64,000 bases of DNA from contig NZ_OZ253465.1 of the NCBI RefSeq assembly GCF_965261555.1, positions 878,667-942,666 on the forward strand, written 5' to 3'. This stretch comes from Candidatus Palauibacter sp. (GTDB lineage Bacteria; Gemmatimonadota; Gemmatimonadetes; Palauibacterales; Palauibacteraceae). Under the pieces are notes generated by a model. That model was given only the letters and a program-made list of their open reading frames with translations. It ran no database searches and was not told where the DNA came from. Within the stretch, counting starts at the first letter, position 1. The number at the start of each line of letters is the position of its first letter. The translations under genes were made by a program, and so were the position numbers. Below, piece by piece: positions 20,645 to 30,229 of this stretch.

Positions 20645-22128
20645 GGCCCCGGCGGGCCGCCCGCCTCGCGCGGACGGCCGCGTTCGTGGCCGGACTGTAC
20701 GTCGTGGCGACGGGGCACGTCGGGAGCAAGAACGTGTTCTTCACCGGCGAGGCGGGGCCCTACCCCGTCTCCGTCGTCATCCGTCCGCCGGAGGTCGTCC
20801 CGGGGCTGGCGGAGGTCTCCGTCCGCGTGTCGGGCGGCGGTGCGGACCGGGTGACCGTGCGCCCCGTGCGCTGGGACGCGGCCCCGGAGGGCGGCGCGCC
20901 GCCCCCCGACGTCGCCGTTCCCGTGGCGGGCGATCCCGAACTGTACGCCGCGGAACTGTGGCTCATGACGGTGGGCGCGTACCGGGTGGAGGTCGCGGTG
21001 GAGGGGGGCCGGGGGAGCGGCGAGGTCTCGGTCCCCGTGACCTCCGTCATGCTCGGAGTGCGCGACCTGCCGCCGGGTCTCGGCTGGATCCTGGCCGCAC
21101 TCGCGCTGCTCCTGGTCGCAGGCGTGGTCTCGATCACCGGGGCCGCGGTGCGGGAGAGTCAGGTTCCGGCGGGGGAGGCGGCGGGTCCCAGGCGGCGTCG
21201 CCGCGCCCGGATCGCCATGGCCCTCACCGCCGTGGGAGTCGCGGGCCTCCTCTACCTGGGGAACGCCTGGTGGGAGGCGGTCGACCGGGACGTTCGCAGC
21301 GGAATCTTCGAGCGCCTCGCCGTGGAGAGCGCGATCGTGCGCGACGGAGGGACGCCCGCTCTGCAAATCGCGATCACCGATCCCGCCTGGCGGGGCCGGG
21401 ACTGGAGCCCGCTGGTGCCGGACCACGGCAAGCTCATGCACATGTTCGTCGTCGGGGCGCCGGGGATGGACGCGTTCGCCCACGTGCACCCCGTTCCCGT
21501 GGACCCGTCCACCTTCCGCGTCCCGTGGCCGGACCTGCCGCCGGGCGAGTATCGCATCTACGGCGACATCGTCCAAGAGTCCGGCTTCGCGCAGACGGTC
21601 GTCGACACGGTGACCGTCGACGCGGCGGCGCTCGCGGTTCCCGGGGAGGTCGGCGAGGGCGCGACCCTGCTGCCGGACGCGGACGACTCGGCGTGGACGG
21701 GCCTTCCGATGGCGCTCTCGGGACCGGGATCCGAGATGCGGCTGGACGATGGTTCGATCCTCGAGTGGCAGGGCGACCGGGAGCTGCGGGTCGACGAGGA
21801 GACGGTGCTGTCGTTCAGGGTCTGGGATCCCGACGAGAAACCGGCCGAACTCGAGCCCTACATGGGGATGCGCAGCCACGCCGCGCTCACGAGGGATGAC
21901 GGGGCGGTGTTCGTGCACCTGCATCCCGCGGGCACGATCTCGATGGGCTCGCTCTCGGTGCTCGCGCCTGAAGGGTCGCCGATGGGCGGCGGCGGCGCGG
22001 CGTCCCCCACCGGCGTCGTCGAGTTCCCGTTCGCATTCCCGCAGCCGGGCGAGTACACGATCTGGGTGCAGGTCAAGCGGGAGGGCCGCGTCCTCACGGG
22101 GGCCTTCCAGGCGACGGTCATGGAGTGA
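20641..22128 (+). CDS. Secreted/membrane-anchored protein with an N-terminal signal peptide, an internal hydrophobic segment, and two repeated beta-rich modules each carrying an HxHP motif
   Basis: GTG start overlapping the upstream stop. N-terminal hydrophobic segment (TAAFVAGLYVVATG). Internal hydrophobic segment (WILAALALLLVAGVVSI). AFAHVHPVPVD and VFVHLHPAGT motifs in similar contexts suggest duplicated metal-binding modules. Confidence 0.45.
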   Translation: MRPRRAARLARTAAFVAGLYVVATGHVGSKNVFFTGEAGPYPVSVVIRPPEVVPGLAEVSVRVSGGGADRVTVRPVRWDAAPEGGAPPPDVAVPVAGDPELYAAELWLMTVGAYRVEVAVEGGRGSGEVSVPVTSVMLGVRDLPPGLGWILAALALLLVAGVVSITGAAVRESQVPAGEAAGPRRRRRARIAMALTAVGVAGLLYLGNAWWEAVDRDVRSGIFERLAVESAIVRDGGTPALQIAITDPAWRGRDWSPLVPDHGKLMHMFVVGAPGMDAFAHVHPVPVDPSTFRVPWPDLPPGEYRIYGDIVQESGFAQTVVDTVTVDAAALAVPGEVGEGATLLPDADDSAWTGLPMALSGPGSEMRLDDGSILEWQGDRELRVDEETVLSFRVWDPDEKPAELEPYMGMRSHAALTRDDGAVFVHLHPAGTISMGSLSVLAPEGSPMGGGGAASPTGVVEFPFAFPQPGEYTIWVQVKREGRVLTGAFQATVME

Positions 22129-22844
22129 GCGCCGGAGCAGGCGAACGCATCGCGATGTGCTTCAGCGGCGGCAAGGACAGCGCTCTGGCTCTGCACGCGC
22201 TTCAGCAGTCCGGAACCTGGCGGGTCGAGACGCTGATCACGACGGTGACCGACGCCTACGAACGGGTGAGCATGCACGGCGTGCGGCGCGCGCTCGTGCG
22301 CGACCAGGCCGAGGCCATCGGCATCCCGCTCGTCGAGGTCGTCGTCCCGCCGCAGTCCTCGAATGAAATCTATGAACGGGCGATGGGAGAGGCCTTCGAC
22401 CGGCTTTACGAGGACGGAATCCGCCGCGTGGCCTTCGGGGACATCTTCCTGGAGGACCTCCGCGAGTACCGCGAACGGCAACTCGCCGCCTCGGGGCTGG
22501 AAGGTCTCTTTCCCATCTGGAGGCAACCCACGGGGGCGCTCGCGCGTACCTTCATCCGGGACGGGTTCGAAGCCATCGCAGTGTGCATCAACCCGGCGGT
22601 GCTGGACGCGTCCTTCGCGGGCCGCTCGTTCGACGCCCGCTTCCTCGCCGATCTCCCGGAATGGGTCGATCCGTGCGGGGAGAACGGAGAGTTCCATACC
22701 TTCGTGTGGGACGGTCCGATCCTGCCGCGACCGATCCCGGTCGCACGCGGCGAGGTCGTGGAACGAGATGGTTTCGTGTTCTGCGACCTGCTCGCGGCGG
22801 ATGCGGACATCACCGCGGCGCAGGGCGTCGCGGTCGGACGATAG
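22125..22844 (+). CDS. PP-loop ATP pyrophosphatase, MJ0570/Dph6 (diphthine-ammonia ligase)-like domain protein
   Basis: CFSGGKDS PP-loop near the N-terminus. About 240 aa. GTG start overlapping the upstream stop (GTGA). Third gene of an overlapped operon. Confidence 0.6.
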   Translation: MSAGAGERIAMCFSGGKDSALALHALQQSGTWRVETLITTVTDAYERVSMHGVRRALVRDQAEAIGIPLVEVVVPPQSSNEIYERAMGEAFDRLYEDGIRRVAFGDIFLEDLREYRERQLAASGLEGLFPIWRQPTGALARTFIRDGFEAIAVCINPAVLDASFAGRSFDARFLADLPEWVDPCGENGEFHTFVWDGPILPRPIPVARGEVVERDGFVFCDLLAADADITAAQGVAVGR

Positions 22845-22886
22845 GACCGAGAAGAGAGACGTAGAGGGACTTCGGAGGGATAAAGG

Positions 22887-23729
22887 ATGTTCAAGGTATT
22901 CGGCCTCATGGCGGGCCTGACGCTTCTCCTGGTGTTCGCCGGCCAGATGTTGTTCGGGCAGCAGGGCGCGGTGCTGTTCCTGGTGTTGTCGGGGGCGATG
23001 AACTTCGGGATGTACTGGTTCAGCGACCGGGTGGTCCTGCGCATGTACCGGGCCCAGGTCGTCGACCGGTCGCAGGCGCCGGACCTCTACGACCGGGTGG
23101 AGCGCCTGCGGAAGCGGGCGGGCCTGCCGGCACCGGTCGTGGCGGTCTCGCCGCAGCCGCAGCCGAACGCCTTCGCGACGGGGCGGAACCCGGAGCACGC
23201 CGTGGTCTGCTTCACGCAGGGGATCCTGCGCGCGCTGCCTCCCCGCGAACTGGACGGTGTGATCGCGCACGAACTTGCCCACATCAAGCATCGGCACATG
23301 CTCGTCGGCACCGTCGCCGCGACGATGGCGGGCGCCATCGCGATGATCGCCTCCATCGCCCGCTGGGGGTTCATCTTCGGCGGCGGACGCGATGACGGCG
23401 ACAACCCGCTCGGCATGCTGGTCATGGCCATCGTCGCCCCGCTGGCGGCCGTCATCATCCAGATGGCGATCAGCCGTCGCAACGAGTTTCAGGCGGACCG
23501 CACCGGGGGCGAGATCACGGGCGATCCCATGGGTCTGGCCGGCGCCCTGAAGCGTCTGGAATCCGGCGCCCGCCGCATTCCGATGGAGGTGAACCCGGCC
23601 GGGGCCTCGCTCGCGATCGTGAACCCCTTCGCGGGTCGACGTCGCGGTCTTACATCCCTCTTCACGACCCATCCGCCCACCGAGGAGCGGGTCGCCGCGC
23701 TGCGCGCCCAAGCCGCCGAGAGGCACTAG
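22887..23729 (+). CDS. htpX: Zinc metalloprotease HtpX (M48)
   Basis: HELAH zinc motif. Four TM segments. ...NAFATG..P..AVV.FTQGIL..L...ELDGVIAHELAHIKHRH... Confidence 0.85.
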   Translation: MFKVFGLMAGLTLLLVFAGQMLFGQQGAVLFLVLSGAMNFGMYWFSDRVVLRMYRAQVVDRSQAPDLYDRVERLRKRAGLPAPVVAVSPQPQPNAFATGRNPEHAVVCFTQGILRALPPRELDGVIAHELAHIKHRHMLVGTVAATMAGAIAMIASIARWGFIFGGGRDDGDNPLGMLVMAIVAPLAAVIIQMAISRRNEFQADRTGGEITGDPMGLAGALKRLESGARRIPMEVNPAGASLAIVNPFAGRRRGLTSLFTTHPPTEERVAALRAQAAERH

Positions 23730-23822
23730 TCAAGGCGAAGTGGAGGCGCGACTCCCGCGTCCGTTGGGAGTAGCCGGCCGGGACCTAAGCCAGCCCGGAA
23801 CGCAGGGGCCTCCGGTGAGCGT

Positions 23823-24140
23823 TCAGCGGGTTCTTCGCTGCCAGCGATCTTCGTAGGCGGTGCAGATCCGGCGGATCATCGTCGCGTAGTCCATGGGGTC
23901 CCCCGTCCGGGGCGCCGGGGTTCCCGTGACGAGCTTGGGGTCTTCGGCGCGAGGGGCTCCGTACGGCAGGTCCGGGTTCTTCCTCAGGTTGCTGTTCGGG
24001 GGGACGGGCGATCCCGGCGGCGGCCCCACCGCCAAATCGATATTCCAATCCTGGTAGTTGACCCTGACCGTGTGATTCAGCTTGGCTACGATCTCGCCCG
24101 CCCGGGCTCGTTCCGCGAAGGCGGGACAATGCTCGATCAT
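23823..24140 (-). CDS. Hypothetical protein, start overlapping the stop of the methyltransferase gene
   Basis: 105-aa frame from ATG (MIEHCPAFAERARAGEIVAKLNH...) sharing ATGA with the MTase TGA. High third-position GC supports coding. No recognisable domain. Confidence 0.3.
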   Translation of the reverse strand: MIEHCPAFAERARAGEIVAKLNHTVRVNYQDWNIDLAVGPPPGSPVPPNSNLRKNPDLPYGAPRAEDPKLVTGTPAPRTGDPMDYATMIRRICTAYEDRWQRRTR

Positions 24141-25053
24141 GTCATCGACGATCGCGAGGCAAACGGCGTTGCTGTGGGCGTCGGATCGAGGATGGTAGTT
24201 GTTCTCGGCCAGGTGGCGGACGAACGCCTCGGGCTGGTGAGCATGGCGGCGGCCGTTGTCGTCCCCGTCCCCCAGAACGGATCGAGGACGGTATCCCCCA
24301 CGAAGCTGAACATCTGGATCAGGCGGGAGGCCAATTCCACGGGGAAGGGCGCCGGATGGCCTCGCTTGCGGGCTTCGCCGCGGATGTCGTCCCAGATCGA
24401 CCGAAACCAACGCTGGTGGTCGTCTGGCTCGATGAGGCTGAGCGCTCGCTGGGCCGCGGTGGGTTTCCGGTAGCTCCCGGGCTTTCGCAGCATGAGGATG
24501 GTTTCGATGTCGTTCTTCACGATGGCGTTGGGCTCGTACGGCTTACCCAGGAATCCAACCCCCTTCGCCTCCGTCGCCATGTTGGCGATCTTGTACCAGC
24601 GGATCGGCGTGAGGTAATCGAACCCGATCCGGCGCGCGCGAACCGAGATGTCGGCCGGAAGCGGAAGAACGTGATGCCGACCTCCGGCCCGGCGTGAAAT
24701 GCAGACGCTTCCCACGACGACGCACAGCCGACCGCCGGGAGTCAGGAGGTCGTAGCACCGCCGCCACACCCGATCCAGTTCGTCGAGGAACGATTCGTAT
24801 TCGTCGATGCCGCCGAGTTGGCCGTCGTCCGCCCGGCCCCATCGTAGTCGATGAGGTTGAAGTAGGGTGGCGACGTGACGACGAGGTGGACCGGCTCCCC
24901 GATGTCGGACATGTCTCGAGCGTCGCCGAGGTGCAGCCGGTGCGTCGTCCGGTCCGGCGCGGCGCCGTCTCGCCAAGCCTCGATCTTGGCCTGACGCTTC
25001 AGGCGGAGCGAGGACTCGGCTCCGGACATGATTTCGTTGACGCCTACCGTCAT
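24137..25053 (-). pseudogene. Beta-class N4/N6 DNA methyltransferase interrupted by a single-base frameshift
   Basis: N-terminal frame (track ORF 24742..25053) carries motif IV VVTSPPYFNLIDYDG. After ~24836 the reading frame switches (+1) to the 24137..25066 frame, which continues ...DDGQLGGIDEYESFLDELDRVWRRCYDLLTPGGRLCVVVGS... and then motif I LDPFWGTGTTTAAA. The junction lies in a G/C homopolymer run (gcccggcccc, 24832-24841). Confidence 0.6.
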
Positions 25054-25132
25054 TCCGCCCTTGCACCCCTCGTCGTCAAGCGTCTGCGTGGTGGACCACT
25101 CAACGTAATGCTTCGACAGCCGCCGAGCATGG

Positions 25133-25927
25133 CTACCTGGTTGCCCACGCTCTCATCTGCCCGCGATTGGGATCGGTGCGGTCGAAGTGAAGCACGCCGC
25201 CGAACCGGGTCTCGTCGACGGCGAGCCGATAGAAGGAGACGACGTCGCGAGCCCGCCTCGGCACACGGGAGCGCAAGTCCTCCAGCAATGCCGCCTCCAG
25301 ATTCCGTCGCAGGAATCGGCGCAGGGACGTGTAGTAAAAAACCAGTTCCCGCGGCGTCGAACTGTCTGCATCGATCCAGAGGACGCCTCGAACGTCGACG
25401 ACGCTCCGGTCCGGCTTCGGCTCGAAGGCCAGCCCCACCCTGGCCGCATCTTCTGTCTCGAGCGTGCTCAGGCAGTGCGTCGCCAGAAACCCCGGAGATG
25501 CGAGCGTCTCACCGTCCGGCGTGTAGAACGTGGCCTCCGCATCCCGATCCACCTGCGCGTACCCGTACATCTCGACGTGCTGCCCCGACGCGGTTTCCAC
25601 CGCAGTGGGTACGACGACCGTCATGGAATCGGCGCTGAACGCTCGTCCGCCGCGACTCAACGAGACGCTCGGTCTTGTCATCCGGACCTGCAGGTTGCGG
25701 AGATCCGCCGTGGACGATGTCGATGTCAGAGCCGGGAGGACCGCTTCGTAGAGTTCGAAGGCTTGCCGCAGTTCGTCAGGCGTGGTCGGGCAGATGCTCT
25801 GCCCTGTGACCAGCAGGTCCGGCAGCGGAATCGGCCGGACATCCTGAGCCGCGAGCGGGAGCGCGAGCAGCGCGAGTCCGAAGACCGCAACCCGGGCGAT
25901 CCGGATAAGGAGGGATCGGTTAGTCAT
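25133..25927 (-). CDS. Hypothetical secreted protein
   Basis: Start MTNRSLLIRIARVAVFGLALLALPLAAQD (signal peptide). No recognisable family. Confidence 0.4.
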   Translation of the reverse strand: MTNRSLLIRIARVAVFGLALLALPLAAQDVRPIPLPDLLVTGQSICPTTPDELRQAFELYEAVLPALTSTSSTADLRNLQVRMTRPSVSLSRGGRAFSADSMTVVVPTAVETASGQHVEMYGYAQVDRDAEATFYTPDGETLASPGFLATHCLSTLETEDAARVGLAFEPKPDRSVVDVRGVLWIDADSSTPRELVFYYTSLRRFLRRNLEAALLEDLRSRVPRRARDVVSFYRLAVDETRFGGVLHFDRTDPNRGQMRAWATR

Positions 25928-25962
25928 CTTCACCTCTTCGCCGTGAATCAGGATCTGCCGAG

Positions 25963-27813
25963 CTATCCGCTCCAGATGATGATCGCGCCGCACCGGTTGG
26001 ATGGAGCGGCGAACTCCCCGGGCAGGGAGACGGCCCGGAGGTAGACTTCGATCGCGACGATCTCATGCGGAGCCGCCAGGTCGTCCACGCCCCCCTGCTC
26101 GAAGTCCCAGGCGCGGCCATCGATGACCAGCGTGCCGTTCAGGTAGACGGACATGTGGGAGCATCTCCTCGCGCTCGGCGATACGAGGCGGCACGTCTGT
26201 CGCGGGCAGACTTCGCGCAGGCCGTCCACCTCGGTGAGGAGGTCGGTGAGGCGGGTGGGCGCGAGGGCTCGAATCCGCTCCCGTGTGAAAAAGTGTCCGC
26301 GGCCGCGCGTCGCGCTCTCCCGCCGGCGTTCGTAGAAGCCGACTTCCATGAGACGCGGATGCCGCCGCTCCGCCACGATCCGCGGCCCCGCCGCCGGCGC
26401 GGCGGCGCCGGGCGCGGGAGGCGGCGCGGGGTCGAGTTCGACGCGGACGTCCACCGTTGAACCGGAGGGGACCGGGATGGTGTCTCCGGCGACACCGGCG
26501 TCGGGGTGGGATACGGCGAGCCCGTAGTCCCCGGGGATCAGGTCCGGAATCGCGAAGAGACCGTGCTCGTCGCTCGTTGTCAGGTGCCCGGCCTCGGCGG
26601 ACGGGCCACGGCCGCCGGGGGCCGGTGCGGCCTCGGCCGCCGCCAGCCTGATCTCGGCCCCCACCACGGGTTCGCCTCGCTGGAGATCGAAGACGCGGCC
26701 GGCGACGTAGCCGTAACGAGCGATGGGGATCACCAGATCCCGCGTCACGGGGACCGTATCGGCCGCCACGGGGGCTGTCTCGCCCGCCACGGGCGCCAGT
26801 TCGCCGCTGAGGCCGGCGAACCTGGCCCAGATGCTCACGTCCGTCCGCGGATCGAGGTCGCAGAACCGGAAGCGGCCGTTGTCGTCGGCCGTCGTCTCCT
26901 TCTCGCGCTCACGGCCGCCCGGTTCCGTGATCCAGGCCGTCACGGTCGCCCGGGGCAGGAGAAGGCCGGTCAGGGCGTCCGTGACCGTCCCCTCGACCAC
27001 GAGCGGAGCCCGGTCCGTTCCGGGGTCGGGCTCGCAGAGAACGATCCGCCGCTCTTCGAGCTCGGCCTCGGTCAGCCATTGGCGTGTCCAGATGAGGACT
27101 GTGGGGCAGAACCCATCCTCGCCCCCCGCGCTTATCAGAGGCTCGAGGCCCGGCACCTTGTGAGGTTCGTCGTGGAACTCGACGCCTCCGATTCGGTGAT
27201 AGGCGAGCCCGGTCATGAAGCCGACGCGATCCCGGCGGCCATCGATGAGGATCTGTGGACGGCACAGGCTGAAGCTGGTGGCCCGGTTCAGGTTGAGAAT
27301 GCGCTCGCTCATGTTTCGCCAGCCGATGATCAGGGGGTCTCCCCCGCGGCGGATGTCCTCGGGATCGTAGAATCTGCTTCGAGCGCTGCCGAGCGCCCGG
27401 CGCTCGTAGAAACCGACCTGCTCCAGGTACGACGGTCTCCACTCGACGTTGACCTCGAGCGGGGCGACTTCGATCGCGGCCGGTTCGATCCGGAACTCCA
27501 GCGATAGCGTGCCGTCGGCCCGCGCCTCGACCTCGGTCGTCCGCGTACCGTATCCGATGTGCCGGATCTCGAACGTGTGTGAGCCGGCGGGGACGACCAG
27601 TTGGAACGCTCCGTCCGTGGTGGTGAGCGTCGAGAGGTCCAGCGCGGGGATGGAGACGAGCGCCGCCGAGATGGGTACTCCGGTGCCGGCGTCGAGGAGG
27701 CGTCCCGCGATCGCTACCGGCTGCTGCGACGCGGCGCTCCGAGGGAGAGCCAATCCCGCCATCGCGGCGAGCGCCAGGAGCGCGGCACGGCGCGGGACCG
27801 GGTTTCGCGACAT
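25963..27813 (-). CDS. Secreted protein with repeated carboxypeptidase-regulatory-like (CarboxypepD_reg) and plug-like modules
   Basis: Signal peptide. Several Ig-like GRV.D...G.P..GA.V segments. Two copies of a VGFYERR... module (LEQVGFYERRALGSARSRFYDPEDIRRG and LMEVGFYERRRESATRGRGHFFTRERIRALAP), as found at TonB-receptor N-termini, but there is no barrel. Confidence 0.45.
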   Translation of the reverse strand: MSRNPVPRRAALLALAAMAGLALPRSAASQQPVAIAGRLLDAGTGVPISAALVSIPALDLSTLTTTDGAFQLVVPAGSHTFEIRHIGYGTRTTEVEARADGTLSLEFRIEPAAIEVAPLEVNVEWRPSYLEQVGFYERRALGSARSRFYDPEDIRRGGDPLIIGWRNMSERILNLNRATSFSLCRPQILIDGRRDRVGFMTGLAYHRIGGVEFHDEPHKVPGLEPLISAGGEDGFCPTVLIWTRQWLTEAELEERRIVLCEPDPGTDRAPLVVEGTVTDALTGLLLPRATVTAWITEPGGREREKETTADDNGRFRFCDLDPRTDVSIWARFAGLSGELAPVAGETAPVAADTVPVTRDLVIPIARYGYVAGRVFDLQRGEPVVGAEIRLAAAEAAPAPGGRGPSAEAGHLTTSDEHGLFAIPDLIPGDYGLAVSHPDAGVAGDTIPVPSGSTVDVRVELDPAPPPAPGAAAPAAGPRIVAERRHPRLMEVGFYERRRESATRGRGHFFTRERIRALAPTRLTDLLTEVDGLREVCPRQTCRLVSPSARRCSHMSVYLNGTLVIDGRAWDFEQGGVDDLAAPHEIVAIEVYLRAVSLPGEFAAPSNRCGAIIIWSG

Positions 27814-27869
27814 CGGATTCGTCTCCTGCGGAGCTTCCGCGCCCCGGCGGCGGATCGTCGCCGAGTGCT

Positions 27870-28403
27870 TCAGAGCGACTCCGGGCGCAGGCGCTCGGTG
27901 TCGGAGAGACAGACCACCCGGCAGTGTACCATTTCATCGCCCTCGAAACGCGCGTACGCCTCGAACCGGCGGTCCTCGATCAGGTGCGGCAGCCAGTGGC
28001 GGTCGTCCTCCCACATCCGATCGTACGGGATGTCGTCTACGGGCGCCCACACGGGGGTCGCCTCGCTCGTCTCCACCGGCTCTCCCTCCAGCGCGTCCGA
28101 CCGGAACACGTGGATCAGGATGGACATGCCGCTCAGCACCTCGAATCCCACTTCGCCGACCTTCCGGGGCGCCACCGGCCGCGCGCGCAGTTCCTCCTGA
28201 AACTCCCGCATCGCGGCCTCGATCGTACTCTCGCCGGGTTCGACCTTGCCCCCGGCCCCGTTCAGCTTGCCGGCGCCGAGGCCGCGCTTCTTGTGGATGA
28301 GGAGGATTTCCCCTTCCCGCACGATGTAGAGGAGGGTCGCGTTGAGGTCCGGCTCCCAACTCTTCGGAATGGGACGTTCCGTCGCGAGAGGTCGAGGTTG
28401 CAT
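27870..28403 (-). CDS. NUDIX hydrolase
   Basis: Nudix box GKLNGAGGKVEPGESTIEAAMREFQEELRAR (GX5EX7REUXEEXGU). Confidence 0.75.
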   Translation of the reverse strand: MQPRPLATERPIPKSWEPDLNATLLYIVREGEILLIHKKRGLGAGKLNGAGGKVEPGESTIEAAMREFQEELRARPVAPRKVGEVGFEVLSGMSILIHVFRSDALEGEPVETSEATPVWAPVDDIPYDRMWEDDRHWLPHLIEDRRFEAYARFEGDEMVHCRVVCLSDTERLRPESL

Positions 28404-28450
28404 TCGTTATCCTTTCCGCGGCGGGAGAACCCGGCAGCGGCTGGGGCGCG

Positions 28451-30229
28451 TCATGGCATGGAGACGCTCGCGCGTTCGAAAACGACTTCCCCGTTGAAGA
28501 CGGTCATCTCGCACGACAGGTCACGCAGTTCGATCGTCGGGACGGTGAGCGGGTTGCGGTCCCAGACCGCGAGATCCGCGTATTTTTCGGGTTCGATCGT
28601 CCCGACCTTCTCCTCGAGGAACATCTGGTGCGCGGCCCAGGTTGTGAACGAGCGCAGCGCCGTCTCGACGTCGACGGACTCGCCGGTGCCGTACGGGTCG
28701 CTCCCGTAGACGCCGAGCAGCGGCTGGCGGGCGACGGAGGCCCAGACGCCGTAGCGCGCCGGGTAGGGAGTGACGAAGAAGTCGGAGCCGCTCGCCCAGA
28801 TCATGCCCCGGTCCTGGTAGGAGCGGAACGGATTCAGCCGCAGGGTTCGCTCGGGCCCGAAGTTCCCCGCGTAGGTGTCGCCGATCCACCACGTGAAGGT
28901 GGGGGACGGCTCCGGGTAGCCGGCCTGCCATTCCCGCTGGAGTTCGGCCATCGCGTCGAGCGCGCGGTCCGTGGGGATGTTCGAGTGGATGATTCCGTGC
29001 CGGAGCCCGCGGGTCGGGGTGGCATCGAGCGCCTCGATGAAACTGTCGACGGTCCAGTCGATCGCGCGGTCGCCGATGGAGTGGATCGAAACGTGGAGCC
29101 CGGCGTCGTGATAGGCCCGGAAGCTGCGGCGCAGTTCGTCCGGGTCCATCGTCGGATAGCCGCGGTTTCCCGTGTCGGTCTCCGTGCGCTCCCGGTTCCA
29201 GTCGTCGTACAGCCAGGCCGTGCGGGCGCCGCCGCTGCCGTCGATGTACAACTTGACGCCGCCGGCGATGAGCCGGTCGTCCCCCGTCGACTCGTAGGGC
29301 CGCGTGAAGGCCGCGAGGCTGTCGGCGTAGGCGCGGACCTCGTCCAGCGTCCCGTCGCGGGCGTCCCACAGGGCGAAGATCCGGACGGAGAGGTCGCCGT
29401 CGGCGAGGACATCGCGGTAGGCCTCCCACGTGCGGCGGCCGATCCCGGGATCCTTGCCGCCGGTCATGCACTCGGCGTTGAAGGCGTCGGCGAGCGAGCG
29501 GATCCCCTCGCGCCGCTCGCCGGGTCCGAGCGGCGGGATGAGGCGGGTCACGAGACCCATCGCGGACTCCTTGAGGACGCCGGTCGGCTCCCCGGCCGCG
29601 TCGCGATCGATGGTGCCGCCGGGCGGGTCGGGCGTGTCCGCCGTGATGCCCGCCATATCGAGGGCGAGCGAGTTGGCCACGCCGTAGTGGCCCATCGTGT
29701 GCGCCAGCCACACGGGCTGCCCCGCGGCGACGGCATCCAGGTCGGAGGCGTAAATGTAGCGCAACTCCTCGAGCTTCCCTTCGTCCCAGCCGCCGCCGCG
29801 CACCCACTCGCCCTCGGACAGCCGCCCGGCCTGCTCCGCGACCATGCCCTGCACGTCCGCGATGTTCTCCACGTTCGGATAGCTGAGGTCGAGGCGGTAC
29901 AGGCGGTTCGCGCCGCCGTTCGCGAAGTGGACGTGCGCGTCCATGAGCCCCGGCGTCATCGCGCGTCCGTCGAGGTCGATGCGGCGGGTCTCCGGGCCCG
30001 CGAGCGCCTCGATCTCCGACGTCGCGCCGACGGCCACGACATGTTCGCCGCGCACCGCCACGGCTTCGGCCACGCGGCTCTCCGCGTCGAGCGTGATCAC
30101 GCGTCCGTCCACGAGGATCAGGTCGGCCGGCTCGGCCGGTGGCCCCCCACAGGCGGCGAGGACGGCGCCGGCCAACACGACGACGGTGCCGGCCAATGCG
30201 ACGACGGATGGGTTCGGTCGGTTCATCAC
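28451..30229 (-). CDS. Amidohydrolase-3 family metal-dependent hydrolase (lipoprotein)
   Basis: Lipobox LAACGG. GLMDAHVHF HxH metal site. Later His/Asp residues of the fold. Start overlaps the MFS gene stop. Confidence 0.7.
   Translation of the reverse strand: MMNRPNPSVVALAGTVVVLAGAVLAACGGPPAEPADLILVDGRVITLDAESRVAEAVAVRGEHVVAVGATSEIEALAGPETRRIDLDGRAMTPGLMDAHVHFANGGANRLYRLDLSYPNVENIADVQGMVAEQAGRLSEGEWVRGGGWDEGKLEELRYIYASDLDAVAAGQPVWLAHTMGHYGVANSLALDMAGITADTPDPPGGTIDRDAAGEPTGVLKESAMGLVTRLIPPLGPGERREGIRSLADAFNAECMTGGKDPGIGRRTWEAYRDVLADGDLSVRIFALWDARDGTLDEVRAYADSLAAFTRPYESTGDDRLIAGGVKLYIDGSGGARTAWLYDDWNRERTETDTGNRGYPTMDPDELRRSFRAYHDAGLHVSIHSIGDRAIDWTVDSFIEALDATPTRGLRHGIIHSNIPTDRALDAMAELQREWQAGYPEPSPTFTWWIGDTYAGNFGPERTLRLNPFRSYQDRGMIWASGSDFFVTPYPARYGVWASVARQPLLGVYGSDPYGTGESVDVETALRSFTTWAAHQMFLEEKVGTIEPEKYADLAVWDRNPLTVPTIELRDLSCEMTVFNGEVVFERASVSMP

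Noticed and set aside
24137-24410. Reading the methyltransferase C-terminus in the frame of the 195-aa ORF (a possible second frameshift)
   Set aside because: Neither frame gives the expected post-motif-I sequence. The 105-codon segment has its own ATG overlapping the MTase stop, so it is treated as a separate coupled ORF rather than as a continuation.
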